Assembly: GCA_049976505.1 (NCBI GenBank)
Contig: JBMFIC010000004.1
Coordinates: 27,512-91,511 of the forward strand
DNA: 64,000 nt
From: Nitrososphaeria archaeon
GTDB taxonomy: Archaea; Thermoproteota; Nitrososphaeria; Conexivisphaerales; UBA164
Direction of reading: 5' to 3'
Below, piece by piece: positions 1 through 9,208 of this stretch; position 1 is the first letter of the stretch; every line of letters begins with the position of its first letter. The notes under the pieces were generated by a model. That model saw nothing but the letters and a program-made list of their open reading frames with translations, had not been told where the DNA came from and searched no databases. Both the position numbers and the translations under genes were made by a program.

Positions 1-1
1 C

Positions 2-436
2 GTTGGACCTGCCTCTATTGACCTAACGCTGGGAAGCGTGTTCAGGACGTTCAAGAAGTCCATGAAGGTCGTTGAGATAAGGGAGGACACGGACTACAGG
101 GAGCTCACCAACCTCGTGACCCTCGAGAACGGGTACATGCTACTGACCCCTGGGGAGCTGGTACACGGGGTTACAAGGGAGAGGGTAAAGCTTCCCCCGT
201 ACATATCTGGAAGGATCGAGGGCAGGTCGAGGTTCGCGAGGCTCGGGCTCCTCGTGCACATAAGCAGCGGCTTCGTTGCCCCTGGATCGGATGGAAAGAT
301 CGTGCTTGAGATAGCGAACCTCTCCCCTAGCACTGTAGCGATATTCCCTGGCACAAAGATATGCCAGCTGATACTCGAGGAGGTAAGCCCGCCTGCTGAG
401 TACAGAGGGAGGTTCAAGGGACAGGAGCTTCCTTGA
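2..436 (+). CDS. dcd: dCTP deaminase (5'-partial)
   Basis: The frame is open from the window edge (VGPASIDLTLG). It contains the GRSRFARLGL and LEIAN motifs and the KICQL segment typical of trimeric dCTP deaminases. Confidence 0.9.
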   Translation, partial: VGPASIDLTLGSVFRTFKKSMKVVEIREDTDYRELTNLVTLENGYMLLTPGELVHGVTRERVKLPPYISGRIEGRSRFARLGLLVHISSGFVAPGSDGKIVLEIANLSPSTVAIFPGTKICQLILEEVSPPAEYRGRFKGQELP

Positions 437-1707
437 CTTACGACCTCGTCATCGTTGGGGCAGGAATCCTCGGATCCTCGGTTGCCTACCTCGCATCCCT
501 AAGCGGTCTCAGGACCGCCCTCGTTGAGAGGGAGAGCGCCCCTGGAACCCACTCAACCTACAGGAACACAGGCGTTGTCCACAGGCCCTTCTACATAGAT
601 CCCCGCAGGAGGAGGGCATCTGCTCTTGCATCCCAGAGGTCGTACCATTTTCTCAGGAGCTTCTGCGCGCGGAGAGGGCTCACCTGGAGCCAGGTAGGAA
701 CGCTCGAGGTCGCGTACGATGAGGAGGGCGCAAGGAGGATAGAGGACTACAGGAGGTACGCGATCGAGAACGGGATGGACGAGAGCGAGTTCTCCGTCCT
801 TTATGATGGGGAGATAAGGGAGGCTGAGCCTCACGTTAAGGGGATCTCGGCGTTTCTCAGCCTAACAGACGCTGTGGTGAGCTTCAGGGATATAGCAGAG
901 AGGATGGCAGAGGAGGCCGGGGCGAAGGGGGCCGACCTGCTCTTCAGGTGCCGGGCAGATCGGGTTGAGGACGGCAGGGTGATCTGCGGGGAGAGGGAGC
1001 TAAGGGCCAGAGCAGTGGTCGTAGCTGCAGGGGCGGAGAGCTTCACGCTTGCGATGAGGATGGGGCTTAGGGGATACGCCCAGCTGCACTTCAGGGGGGA
1101 CTACTGGAGGCTCTCGGTGCGCAAGGCCCAGCTCTTCAGGAGGAACATATACACGGTGCCAAGGTTCTCGGACTTCCCATTCCTGGACCCCCACATAGTG
1201 AAGAGGCACACGGGACACACGGAGATAGGGCCCAACGCCTTCCTCGTCCCCGGGCCATACGAGTATACTGGAACCCTGGGAGTGATGCTGAGGAACCTGC
1301 TGGGCACGGGGGAGGGCGAGCTTGCGGCGAAGCTGAGGCTCCTAATGAGCCCAGAGCTGCTGAGGCTCGTCGTCTCCGACTGGAGCGTTTCCCTGTTCAG
1401 GAGCTCGATGGTGAGAAGGGTCTCAAGGTTCGCGGAGGGGATAAGCAGGGAAGACCTTGTTGAGAGGGGGATATCGGGCATAAGGCACAACCTGATATCC
1501 GGGGAGGGCTTCGTCCAGGAGCCCCTCATATACGTAAAGGGCAGCGCGGTCTTCGTGCTGAACTACAACTCGCCAGGCGCAACAGGGAGCCCCTGGTACG
1601 CCTCCCAGATCCTGAGGCTGCTGAGGGAGCACGGGCTGAAGGCCGAGAGCCAGGCCATGGTCGGATCCGACGAGGAGCTTGGCGCCCTGAACGTCATCGA
1701 GGGCTAG
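433..1707 (+). CDS. FAD-dependent oxidoreductase, L-2-hydroxyglutarate oxidase/DAO-like
   Basis: N-terminal GAGILG Rossmann motif, STYRNTGVVH segment, LHFRGDY, IGPNA and C-terminal NSPGATGS. Confidence 0.8.
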   Translation: MTYDLVIVGAGILGSSVAYLASLSGLRTALVERESAPGTHSTYRNTGVVHRPFYIDPRRRRASALASQRSYHFLRSFCARRGLTWSQVGTLEVAYDEEGARRIEDYRRYAIENGMDESEFSVLYDGEIREAEPHVKGISAFLSLTDAVVSFRDIAERMAEEAGAKGADLLFRCRADRVEDGRVICGERELRARAVVVAAGAESFTLAMRMGLRGYAQLHFRGDYWRLSVRKAQLFRRNIYTVPRFSDFPFLDPHIVKRHTGHTEIGPNAFLVPGPYEYTGTLGVMLRNLLGTGEGELAAKLRLLMSPELLRLVVSDWSVSLFRSSMVRRVSRFAEGISREDLVERGISGIRHNLISGEGFVQEPLIYVKGSAVFVLNYNSPGATGSPWYASQILRLLREHGLKAESQAMVGSDEELGALNVIEG

Positions 1708-2684
1708 GACACAAGCTCTTCGATGGAGCTCGGGCTGGGTACCCTTATCCCTGCGAGCTCAAGCTGCCTCCTTATGATCCCCGCGTCAAGCTCATAGTGG
1801 TACCTGTAGCTCCTTATCGAGTCGCTGACTATCGAGTACGGAAGGCCGAGGAGCGATGCATATGCAGGGGCGTAGGCCTGGGGGTTCCTCGCGTACTCCT
1901 GTATGCTGCTTTGGAAGAGCCTCACGAAGCCCTCAACGAAGTCACTATCTAGAGACGAGTGGGCGGAAAGAGAGCAGCAGTAGTGCTCATATCCGTAATC
2001 GGCTAGCTCGGAGTAGCCCATCCTCCTGAGCTGGGTCGCGAAGGGCTCCCAGATGCTTATCACGTCGGCCCTGCCTGACGTGAACCGCAGGACTGCATCT
2101 GCGGGGTCATCGAAGTACTCAACGCTCGAGGGCTCCCTGAGCATAGACTGGTTCACCGCGGTCCTCAGGAGGAGCTCCATCGTTGACAGCCTGCTGGTAA
2201 GGGCCCTCAGCCTCTCCATAGAGCTCCTCCCGAAGAGATGGGCTCCACCCGAGCCGGCCGGCGCTACGATCCTTATCGGAAACCTCAGCGATGTCATGAA
2301 GATCTGCATCACGAGAGGGGATATGCCGAATTCAAGCCTCCCGGAGGCCAGCTCCCTCATCACGTCGGCCCCGTTCTCGTATATCCTTATCTCAAGCTCG
2401 TATCCCCTGTCCCTGAGGATCCTAGACAGGGGAACCACGTAGCCGTACTCGGAGGACCTTATAATCCCCAGCCTTATCCTCCTTCCCGGCCTCGCGGCCG
2501 AGCTCAGGGAGACCACGTAGTTCCTCCCTATCCTTCTCCTGACTATCAAGTTCCTCCTCTCCAGCTCGCTGAGCACCTCGGACACCCTGCTCCTGGAGAG
2601 CCCGAGGGATCTCGGGATGCTGCTCTGCAGGGCCTCTCCATCTTTAAGGAGCTCGATTATCCTCCTCTCGGCGTCCTTGTTCAT
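1704..2684 (-). CDS. Transcription regulator: N-terminal winged HTH fused to an NMT1/Thi5-like (PBP2) ligand-binding domain
   Basis: Residues ~5-60 form a wHTH (LQSSIPRSLGLSRSRVSEVLSELERRNLIVRRRIGRNYVV). The rest resembles type 2 substrate-binding proteins (IRLGII..., YENGADVMRELASGRLEFG, DVISIWEPF). No signal peptide. Confidence 0.75.
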   Translation of the reverse strand: MNKDAERRIIELLKDGEALQSSIPRSLGLSRSRVSEVLSELERRNLIVRRRIGRNYVVSLSSAARPGRRIRLGIIRSSEYGYVVPLSRILRDRGYELEIRIYENGADVMRELASGRLEFGISPLVMQIFMTSLRFPIRIVAPAGSGGAHLFGRSSMERLRALTSRLSTMELLLRTAVNQSMLREPSSVEYFDDPADAVLRFTSGRADVISIWEPFATQLRRMGYSELADYGYEHYCCSLSAHSSLDSDFVEGFVRLFQSSIQEYARNPQAYAPAYASLLGLPYSIVSDSIRSYRYHYELDAGIIRRQLELAGIRVPSPSSIEELVS

Positions 2685-2738
2685 CCGAACACTCGTTCGA
2701 AAGAGTTAAATATTAACTTTTCCGAACATATGTTCGGA
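2684..2738. promoter_or_regulatory. Bidirectional promoter with two palindromic operators
   Basis: Perfect 18-bp palindrome TCCGAACATATGTTCGGA at 2721-2738 and a variant TCCGAACACTCGTTCGAA at 2684-2701. They flank the near-palindromic AT core AGTTAAATATTAACT (2704-2718), which lies ~27 bp from both ATGs. Confidence 0.75.
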
Positions 2739-2739
2739 T

Positions 2740-4032
2740 ATGGAGCGCCTCGGGGTTGAGGAGGTGCCCCCTGAGAGGAGACACGGAAAGCCCGTATTTC
2801 AGCTCACCCTCTGGCTCTCGAGCAACCTGACAGTTGCGGACTTCGCGCTGGGCGCCGTTCTCCTCACCCTTGGCCTCTCGTGGGCCTGGATCGCAGCTGC
2901 CCTCACGATAGGGAACGTACTCGGGGCTCTTCTCGTCGGGGTGCTTGCTTCGTATGGGCCCGAGTTCGGGCTCCCCCAGATGATGATATCACGGAGGTTC
3001 TTTGGACCGAGGGGGAACCTGCCGTTCTCTGCTGCCCAGTGGATAAGCACCCTGGGCTGGTTTTCAGTCAACGCAATAATATCCGGGTACGTGCTGGAGT
3101 ACGCCTTCGGGGCCCTTCCCCTCTGGGCCTACATCGCAATCTCGGCGCTCCTGCAGACTGCTATAGCCGTTTACGGCTACGACGCCATACACAGGGCCGA
3201 GTACATCCTGTCCTATGTTCTAGGCGCGTACTTCGTGGCAGCGCTTCTGCTGGCCCTCAGCTCAGGAACGAGGGCGCTTCCTTCATCGGGATCGTTCAGC
3301 CCCTTCGCCTTCGCCGTGGCCCTGGCAACGACGTTCAGCTACATAATGTCCTGGGCTCCATACGCCAGCGACTACAGCAGGTACCTGCCTAAGGACACAA
3401 GCAGGGCCAGGATTGTGCTTTACGTGACGCTCGGGGGAGCCCTGGCCTCCGCCTTCATGGAGGTGGTCGGCATGGTCATGGGGGCAGCAACTGGAAACTA
3501 CTCAGGGCTCCCGGTGGTCCTTGGACAGTTCATGTCAAGGTACGGGGAAGGCGCGGTGGTGCTCTCCGTGATTATGATATTCCTGGGGGCCCTTACGGCT
3601 AACGTCCTTAACATATACTCCAACTCGCTTTCCCTGCTCTCCATGTTCGGCAGGATGAGAAGATGGACGGGGCTGCTGATAGGGGCGACAATAGGACTCA
3701 TCCTCTCGGTCGCGGGAGGGCTGAACTTCATAGGATACTACGAGGGCTTCCTCTACTTCCTGGACTACTGGATATCACCCTGGATAGGCGTGATGATTGG
3801 AGCTCACGCGTCCGGGCTGAAGGACGACAGCATTGGATCCAGGCTGCTCATCGCGTACCTGGCTGCCCTCCTGGTGTCCGTTCCATTCATGAACCTTGGC
3901 GCAGCCACTTCTGGCATGATAGGGTACGTTGGGCCTGTTTCCAGGATGATGGGAGGGGCTGACGTGAGCTTCTTCATCTCCCTCGCGGCAGGCCTCCTGC
4001 TGTCCCTGATTCTCTCGCGGAGAAGGGCCTGA
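2740..4032 (+). CDS. Purine-cytosine permease (NCS1 family)
   Basis: About 12 TM segments; WLSSN, GLPQMMISRRFFG, SWAPYASDYSRY and NVLNIYS motifs. Confidence 0.85.
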   Translation: MERLGVEEVPPERRHGKPVFQLTLWLSSNLTVADFALGAVLLTLGLSWAWIAAALTIGNVLGALLVGVLASYGPEFGLPQMMISRRFFGPRGNLPFSAAQWISTLGWFSVNAIISGYVLEYAFGALPLWAYIAISALLQTAIAVYGYDAIHRAEYILSYVLGAYFVAALLLALSSGTRALPSSGSFSPFAFAVALATTFSYIMSWAPYASDYSRYLPKDTSRARIVLYVTLGGALASAFMEVVGMVMGAATGNYSGLPVVLGQFMSRYGEGAVVLSVIMIFLGALTANVLNIYSNSLSLLSMFGRMRRWTGLLIGATIGLILSVAGGLNFIGYYEGFLYFLDYWISPWIGVMIGAHASGLKDDSIGSRLLIAYLAALLVSVPFMNLGAATSGMIGYVGPVSRMMGGADVSFFISLAAGLLLSLILSRRRA

Positions 4033-4078
4033 CGCCCTGCAAACGCTTAAATCCCTTCCACGATAAGAACAGGGCTGG

Positions 4079-5242
4079 ATGCTTTATCGGAGGCTCTACG
4101 CTCTGCTCGCGGTAAAGGCGCTCAGGACCTTCGTGTTCAGCTACATAAGTTTGGTAATTCCGTACTACCTGCACTACCTAGGATATGGGCCCATCTACGT
4201 TGGTCTCGTCCTCCTGATCATAATGGCGGGGAACGCTGCCTCGAACGTGGCTTTACTGAAGATAAGCTCTCTGCTGGGGGAGAGGACAATACTGGTCATG
4301 TACAGCGCCCTAATAGTGATCTCTGGGATCATGCTGGATGCGTTCAGGAGCCTCCCAATGATAGCTCTGGCCGGGTTCATTGGCAACATAAGCTCTGGGA
4401 CGGAGACCGGGCCCTTTCAGTCCATAGAGTCATCGGCGCTGACCAGGTTCGCGGACCAGAGCTCCAGGAACAGGGCCTACGGCGTTTACAACTTCGTGGG
4501 GTTCATGTTCACGGCTCTGGGTGCCCTCTTCACGTCCTTCGCTGGGCTTCTGATTAAAGGCTTCACTTTCTTCTCCTTCTCATTCGCCCTCTATGCTTTC
4601 CTCGGCGTGTTCCTTATGGCCATGTACTTCGCTCTTGGATGGCCAGAAGTCAGGAAGCCGGCCCTCGGGTCAGCCAGCGGGGAGTCAAGGAGGCACATAT
4701 TCAGGCTCTCGGCGCTCTTCTTCGTGGACAGCTTTGGCGGGGGTTTCATGACCCAGTCCGTTCTATCCTACTGGTTCCTGATAAGGTTCAGGCTGAACAT
4801 AGAGAGCCTGGGGGAGATATTCACTGCAACGAACGTGATCTCCTCGGTATCGATCTACGTTTCATCCTACTTATCGGACAGGATAGGGAACGTGAGGACC
4901 ATGGTCTTCACGCACTTCGCATCGAGCGTTTTCCTGATCCTCTTCGCGCTCTCTCCAACCCTTGGCCTCGCCCTTTCGTTCCTCTTCGCCAGGCAGACCC
5001 TTTCACAGATGGACGTCCCCGCAAGGCAGTCGTTCATCGCGTACATGTTCGGCGAGGACGTGAGGATCTACGCGGTTGCGATAACCAACATATTCAGGAG
5101 CCTTGGGGTTGTTCCGGGGCCTTACATAACCGGGGTGTTCCTGTACCTCGGGTACGCCTCGGCTCCAATACTGACGTCAGCGCTCTCCAAGATGGGGTAC
5201 GACCTCACGCTGTACTACCTGTACAGGGGGTACGAAAGGTAG
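4079..5242 (+). CDS. MFS transporter
   Basis: About 12 TM segments; LSDRIG motif A-like segment, ETGPFQSIE and QMDVPARQS. Confidence 0.85.
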   Translation: MLYRRLYALLAVKALRTFVFSYISLVIPYYLHYLGYGPIYVGLVLLIIMAGNAASNVALLKISSLLGERTILVMYSALIVISGIMLDAFRSLPMIALAGFIGNISSGTETGPFQSIESSALTRFADQSSRNRAYGVYNFVGFMFTALGALFTSFAGLLIKGFTFFSFSFALYAFLGVFLMAMYFALGWPEVRKPALGSASGESRRHIFRLSALFFVDSFGGGFMTQSVLSYWFLIRFRLNIESLGEIFTATNVISSVSIYVSSYLSDRIGNVRTMVFTHFASSVFLILFALSPTLGLALSFLFARQTLSQMDVPARQSFIAYMFGEDVRIYAVAITNIFRSLGVVPGPYITGVFLYLGYASAPILTSALSKMGYDLTLYYLYRGYER

Positions 5243-5264
5243 AGGGCAGTAAACAATCAGCGTA

Positions 5265-5962
5265 TTATAGAGCTCCTCCACTGCTCTGCTGACCGCCCAC
5301 TGCAGCTTTGATCCTGTATTTGTATGAGTAGAGGTAGACCAGGATGGAGCAAACAATGAAAAACGGGATAAGGAGCAGGTCGTTGACGCTCGTGAAGCTC
5401 TCCAGGTACCAGAACGTTGAAAATGAAAGGAGGAGCGCCGATACGAATATCTTCATGTATGCCTGCTTGAGCTTCCTGACCTGGGCCCTGAGCACGTATG
5501 TTTGATCACGATTATTATCCCAGCCGCCGCACCAGTTATGGTTGAGACGAAGCTTATGGGAAGGAGCGCTATGAGGACTATGGCGGCCTCAAAGGCCTCA
5601 ACGGCTCCTACAGTGAAGCCTGTGCTCATGATGCCCTTCTCGTAGTGCTCCTCGGGTGGCTTTGAGCCCTGAAGCCTGGCCTGTATGGCCCTTAGGGCCG
5701 AGCGCCTCGCGCTCCTGGCAAGCCTTACGCCGAAGTAGAGCAGCAGGGTTGCAGCTATGACCCTTACCCAGAAGACCGGAAGGAGGGAAATGGCCTTTCC
5801 AACGACCAGGGTTGGTATGAACACGACGAGGACGCCAAGCGCAACGTATAGGAATGCCCTGGCGTCCCTTGAGTCAGCATAAAGAGCCAGTCCAACAGCA
5901 GCTGCCTCGGTGAGCTCAAGGAGCGTGATCCCAAGGGCAGCCAGAAATATGCCAACGTCCAT
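5265..5962 (-). pseudogene. COG4280-like membrane protein with two ExxE motifs, frameshifted near 5502
   Basis: ORF 5453-5962 is hydrophobic up to GIIIVI. The hydrophobic sequence continues in another frame (TYVLRAQVRKLKQAYMKIFVSALLLSF), with only 2 nt between the frames. Motifs ELTEAA and EAFEAA. Confidence 0.6.
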
Positions 5963-6385
5963 GGCTCCTATTTACGTCTTTGTGCTATTTATATCCTTAC
6001 GGTTAAAACGCAACATGCTCTGTGACCTTTTATGGCGATGTCTTTTTTGCTCTATTACATGGATTAACAAGTTAAGCGTGCAGCTAATCACGCCCCTGTG
6101 GATCATTATTACAGAATCAACGTTCAAAAAGTCACCAAACTGCCTGAGCAGAGCTCGCTGCCCGCTAATAAAATAAATGACGTTCGAAAAAGGTGTGAGA
6201 CGAAATGTGCTGTATCTTCTTATTTTTCAAAGGATGCTCTTTTATTATCAGGGTTACATTTTTTACCAAAAAAGTAAACCTTCTATTTTACTGCGGCCTG
6301 ACAATTTATATTCATAAGTCACATTGCTGTTAATTTTTGAAAAAAATCTAAAGTTTAATAGTTACTTAATATAAATTAACACATA

Positions 6386-7078
6386 ATGAACATATATGAA
6401 ATCAAATTAAAGCTTCATCATGATACCTGCTGGAGCGTTCTATCTGAAAGCTATCAGGGTCTTAACGTTAGAATTGATAACGTTCTCTATTATCCTTTCG
6501 AGGACAAGCTTAAGGCAACTGCAACATTTTATGCTAATAGCGAGAAGGCGTTGAAGGAATTCATTAACGATTTTGAAAAGAGCTACCCAAGCAAGAGAAG
6601 GGTGAAATACATAATAAAGCTTAACAAACGCAACGTCCCTTTTTATACGCCTTACTACGTGTATTTTGAATCCGAATACGATCTGAGCATCTCTAGCGTT
6701 ATATATGAAGCTGAAATACCTTACTGGAGGGAAATAATAACCGGTGGCAACGAGAGATGGAAAATACTGCTTTTCAGCAGACAGCAGCTAAATTACATCC
6801 TTGAAAGATTAAAGCAGATAGCCACTATAAAGGACCTTTCAGTAAACGTGATAGAGCCGCCCAAACTTACCTCCGCGTCAAGCCCGCTGGAGACCCTTCC
6901 GCACAAAGAAAGGGAGATCATACTAAAAGCCTATGAAATGGGCTACTATGATTGGCCAAGAAGGATAAGCCTAGATGAGCTTTCAAAAATATTCAACATA
7001 AGCAAGGCTGCGTTGCTGAAGAACTTAAGAAAGGGTGAGGAGAAATTACTCAAAAAAATACTGGCCGATGATAATTAG
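6386..7078 (+). CDS. Bacterio-opsin-activator (Bat/HTH_10) family regulator
   Basis: The C-terminal EREIILKAYEMGYYDWPRRISLDELSKIFNISKAALLKNLRKGE is the HTH_10 signature. Confidence 0.85.
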   Translation: MNIYEIKLKLHHDTCWSVLSESYQGLNVRIDNVLYYPFEDKLKATATFYANSEKALKEFINDFEKSYPSKRRVKYIIKLNKRNVPFYTPYYVYFESEYDLSISSVIYEAEIPYWREIITGGNERWKILLFSRQQLNYILERLKQIATIKDLSVNVIEPPKLTSASSPLETLPHKEREIILKAYEMGYYDWPRRISLDELSKIFNISKAALLKNLRKGEEKLLKKILADDN

Positions 7079-7079
7079 A

Positions 7080-8102
7080 TCATTTCGCGAGGAGCGACGC
7101 CAAAGCCACCATTATGATTCCTACTATGAAGAGCACGAACATCAGGCCTATCAGATACCATGCGGTCCTGGGTGCGCCCTTTAACTCCTTCCACACAAAG
7201 ACTCCCCAAATTGCGGAGATCATGGTGGCGTTTTGGCCAAGTATGTAAGAAATTGTGACACCAGCTACTGGGGATGAAATGAAGTTCATAACAGTAGCGG
7301 TGCTCCATACAAAGCCACCTAACAGAGCCCACATATGCCAAGAAGCCTTTCCCTTAATCCAGTTTGATAGGCTTGTTGGCTCCTGACCAGGCGTCAGCGG
7401 TTTTTTCATAAAGATGGGTATAAAGACGAAGCTGCTAACCATCGCACCAAGGGTGAGGAACGTAGCTGCCGAGTAGCTGTCTATTGCATGTGCCCCAGTT
7501 ATAGAAAGAGCGAAGAGCGGGTCAAACACCCCTATGAGTATACCTAATATTATGCTCAGTATCAGCCCACGCCTTATGTACTGAGCCTGTCTTACTTCTC
7601 CGCTTGCCTTTCCTTTAATGTTGTAAGCCAGTGCATCCACAATAATTGCGAGCATTATCAGAGCTAAACCGCCAAATTCCAGCCATGCAACACCGTATGG
7701 CCTTACAATATATGAAAGCACAGCGCCTATTACCAGAGAGAGCCCTATTCCAACCGGAAATGCCAGGCTGAATCCTGCCATGGCTATTGCAGCAACAAGC
7801 AGTATGTTGCCAGCATTCCAAACTATGCCGGCCAGTAACGCCCAAAATATATGAATAGGGGTTGCTTCGGACAGAGCTTGAAATGAAGTCAAGCCAGTCA
7901 GGGAGTTAGGAATAAGACCCAGCGTCACCTGATAAAGGAGAGCAAAGATGAACAGGCCTATAGCATAGGTAAGGTAGTAGGACTCGAACCTCCAGCCATC
8001 AGTTCCTTTCATGGTGTTTGCCCAGGATCCCCACCCTATCATGTTTATGACTAACAGCGCCAGCGCTACAGGAACCGTTGGAGGGATCCAGCCACCCATC
8101 AA
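7080..8102 (-). CDS. DMT-superfamily permease (ureide permease/GRP sugar transporter-like)
   Basis: About 10 TM segments with an internal duplication; GWGSWANT...WRFESYY, AGIVWNAGN and SYILGQNATMISAIWGVFVWKE. Confidence 0.7.
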   Translation of the reverse strand: MMGGWIPPTVPVALALLVINMIGWGSWANTMKGTDGWRFESYYLTYAIGLFIFALLYQVTLGLIPNSLTGLTSFQALSEATPIHIFWALLAGIVWNAGNILLVAAIAMAGFSLAFPVGIGLSLVIGAVLSYIVRPYGVAWLEFGGLALIMLAIIVDALAYNIKGKASGEVRQAQYIRRGLILSIILGILIGVFDPLFALSITGAHAIDSYSAATFLTLGAMVSSFVFIPIFMKKPLTPGQEPTSLSNWIKGKASWHMWALLGGFVWSTATVMNFISSPVAGVTISYILGQNATMISAIWGVFVWKELKGAPRTAWYLIGLMFVLFIVGIIMVALASLLAK

Positions 8103-8109
8103 CGCAATT

Positions 8110-9117
8110 TCACCTCTTAAGCTCCTTCAGCGCAGGTATCACCTTCTGTCCCCATACCTTAATGAACTTCTCCTCATCTGGACTTGAGCTGAGATACTGA
8201 ACGTGCGTAAATCCTGCGTCAAGATATTCCTTGGTCTTCTTAATAGCCTGTTCAGGATCTGTGACTATCATCCAGGCCTGAGCTATGTACTCTTTGGAGA
8301 TCATTCTGCCGACGCTTTCGATCACCCTAGGATCGTAGACACCATAGTTGAAGAAGAACGGGACGAGCGCCCCAGCCCAGAATCTTGCGCCCTCTACAGC
8401 TCTGTCAAAGTCCTCATCGTATGATACTATTATCTCTATAATCTTTTCGAGCTTTGAGGGATCCCTTCCTGCGTCCCTTGCACCCTTTTCAAATGCAGGG
8501 AAGAGCGTGTTCCTGTAGTAGTCGAACGGCGCCGGAAGAGTTAGAAGACCGTCGGCATACTTCCCCGCTATGTACGCTGTCTTGGGGCCGTTTGCGGCAA
8601 TGTAGATCGGAATCCTGCTTTTAGGCTTGGTGTAGAGGTTAGCCGTGCTAAGGCTGAAGTACTTTCCTTTGTACGTTACGAAGTCCTTTTCCCAGAGCAG
8701 CTTGATAATTTTTACGGCCTCCTCAAGCCTTTCACGCCTCACGTTAATTGGAGGCCAGGGGAATCCTAGAGGTGACTCGTTCATGGCCTCGCCCGTAGCG
8801 AGCGTCAGAAATACCCTTCCTGGAAACATGTCATCGAGCGTTGCCCAGGCTTGCGCAATAAGGCCTGGATGATACCTGTAACCAGGAGGTGTGACACCGG
8901 TGCCTATCTTTATCCTCTTGGTTGAAGCGAGCGCCGCGCCGATCCAGACCCATGCCTGCCCTCCGTGCGCGTTCGTATGGGCCCATGGGTGGAAGTGATC
9001 GCTGGACCATACGTCATCAAATCCATATTGTTCTGCGAGCTTTACATGCTCAAGCAGCGTTGATGGACCGTATTGCTCATGCGCTGCAAAGTAGCCTACT
9101 GAAAGAGTTTCGCTCAT
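8110..9117 (-). CDS. LLM-class F420-dependent oxidoreductase (F420-G6PDH-like)
   Basis: HEQY, WSSDHFHPW, IGTGVTPP, GRVFLTLATGEAMNE and IPIYIAANGP motifs. Confidence 0.85.
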   Translation of the reverse strand: MSETLSVGYFAAHEQYGPSTLLEHVKLAEQYGFDDVWSSDHFHPWAHTNAHGGQAWVWIGAALASTKRIKIGTGVTPPGYRYHPGLIAQAWATLDDMFPGRVFLTLATGEAMNESPLGFPWPPINVRRERLEEAVKIIKLLWEKDFVTYKGKYFSLSTANLYTKPKSRIPIYIAANGPKTAYIAGKYADGLLTLPAPFDYYRNTLFPAFEKGARDAGRDPSKLEKIIEIIVSYDEDFDRAVEGARFWAGALVPFFFNYGVYDPRVIESVGRMISKEYIAQAWMIVTDPEQAIKKTKEYLDAGFTHVQYLSSSPDEEKFIKVWGQKVIPALKELKR

Positions 9118-9157
9118 TTCAAGAAAACTGAAGGACGAGAAAAGCTATTTGCTTTTG

Positions 9158-9173
9158 GGTTAACATGTTAACC
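9158..9173. promoter_or_regulatory. Palindromic operator GGTTAACATGTTAACC, copy 1
   Basis: Perfect 16-bp palindrome in the divergent intergenic region; identical copy at 12118-12133. Confidence 0.7.
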
Positions 9174-9208
9174 ACATGATCTAATAGCTTCAACGTTAGA
9201 TCTTCGTT

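Noticed and set aside
6030-6110. Possible third att remnant (ACGCCCCTGTGGA) at the left compositional boundary
   Set aside because: Only about 6 contiguous bases match the tRNA end, which is not distinguishable from chance.
6252-6280. Imperfect inverted repeat upstream of the Bat-like regulator
   Set aside because: Made mostly of T and A runs, single copy, and unlike the 16-bp operator.
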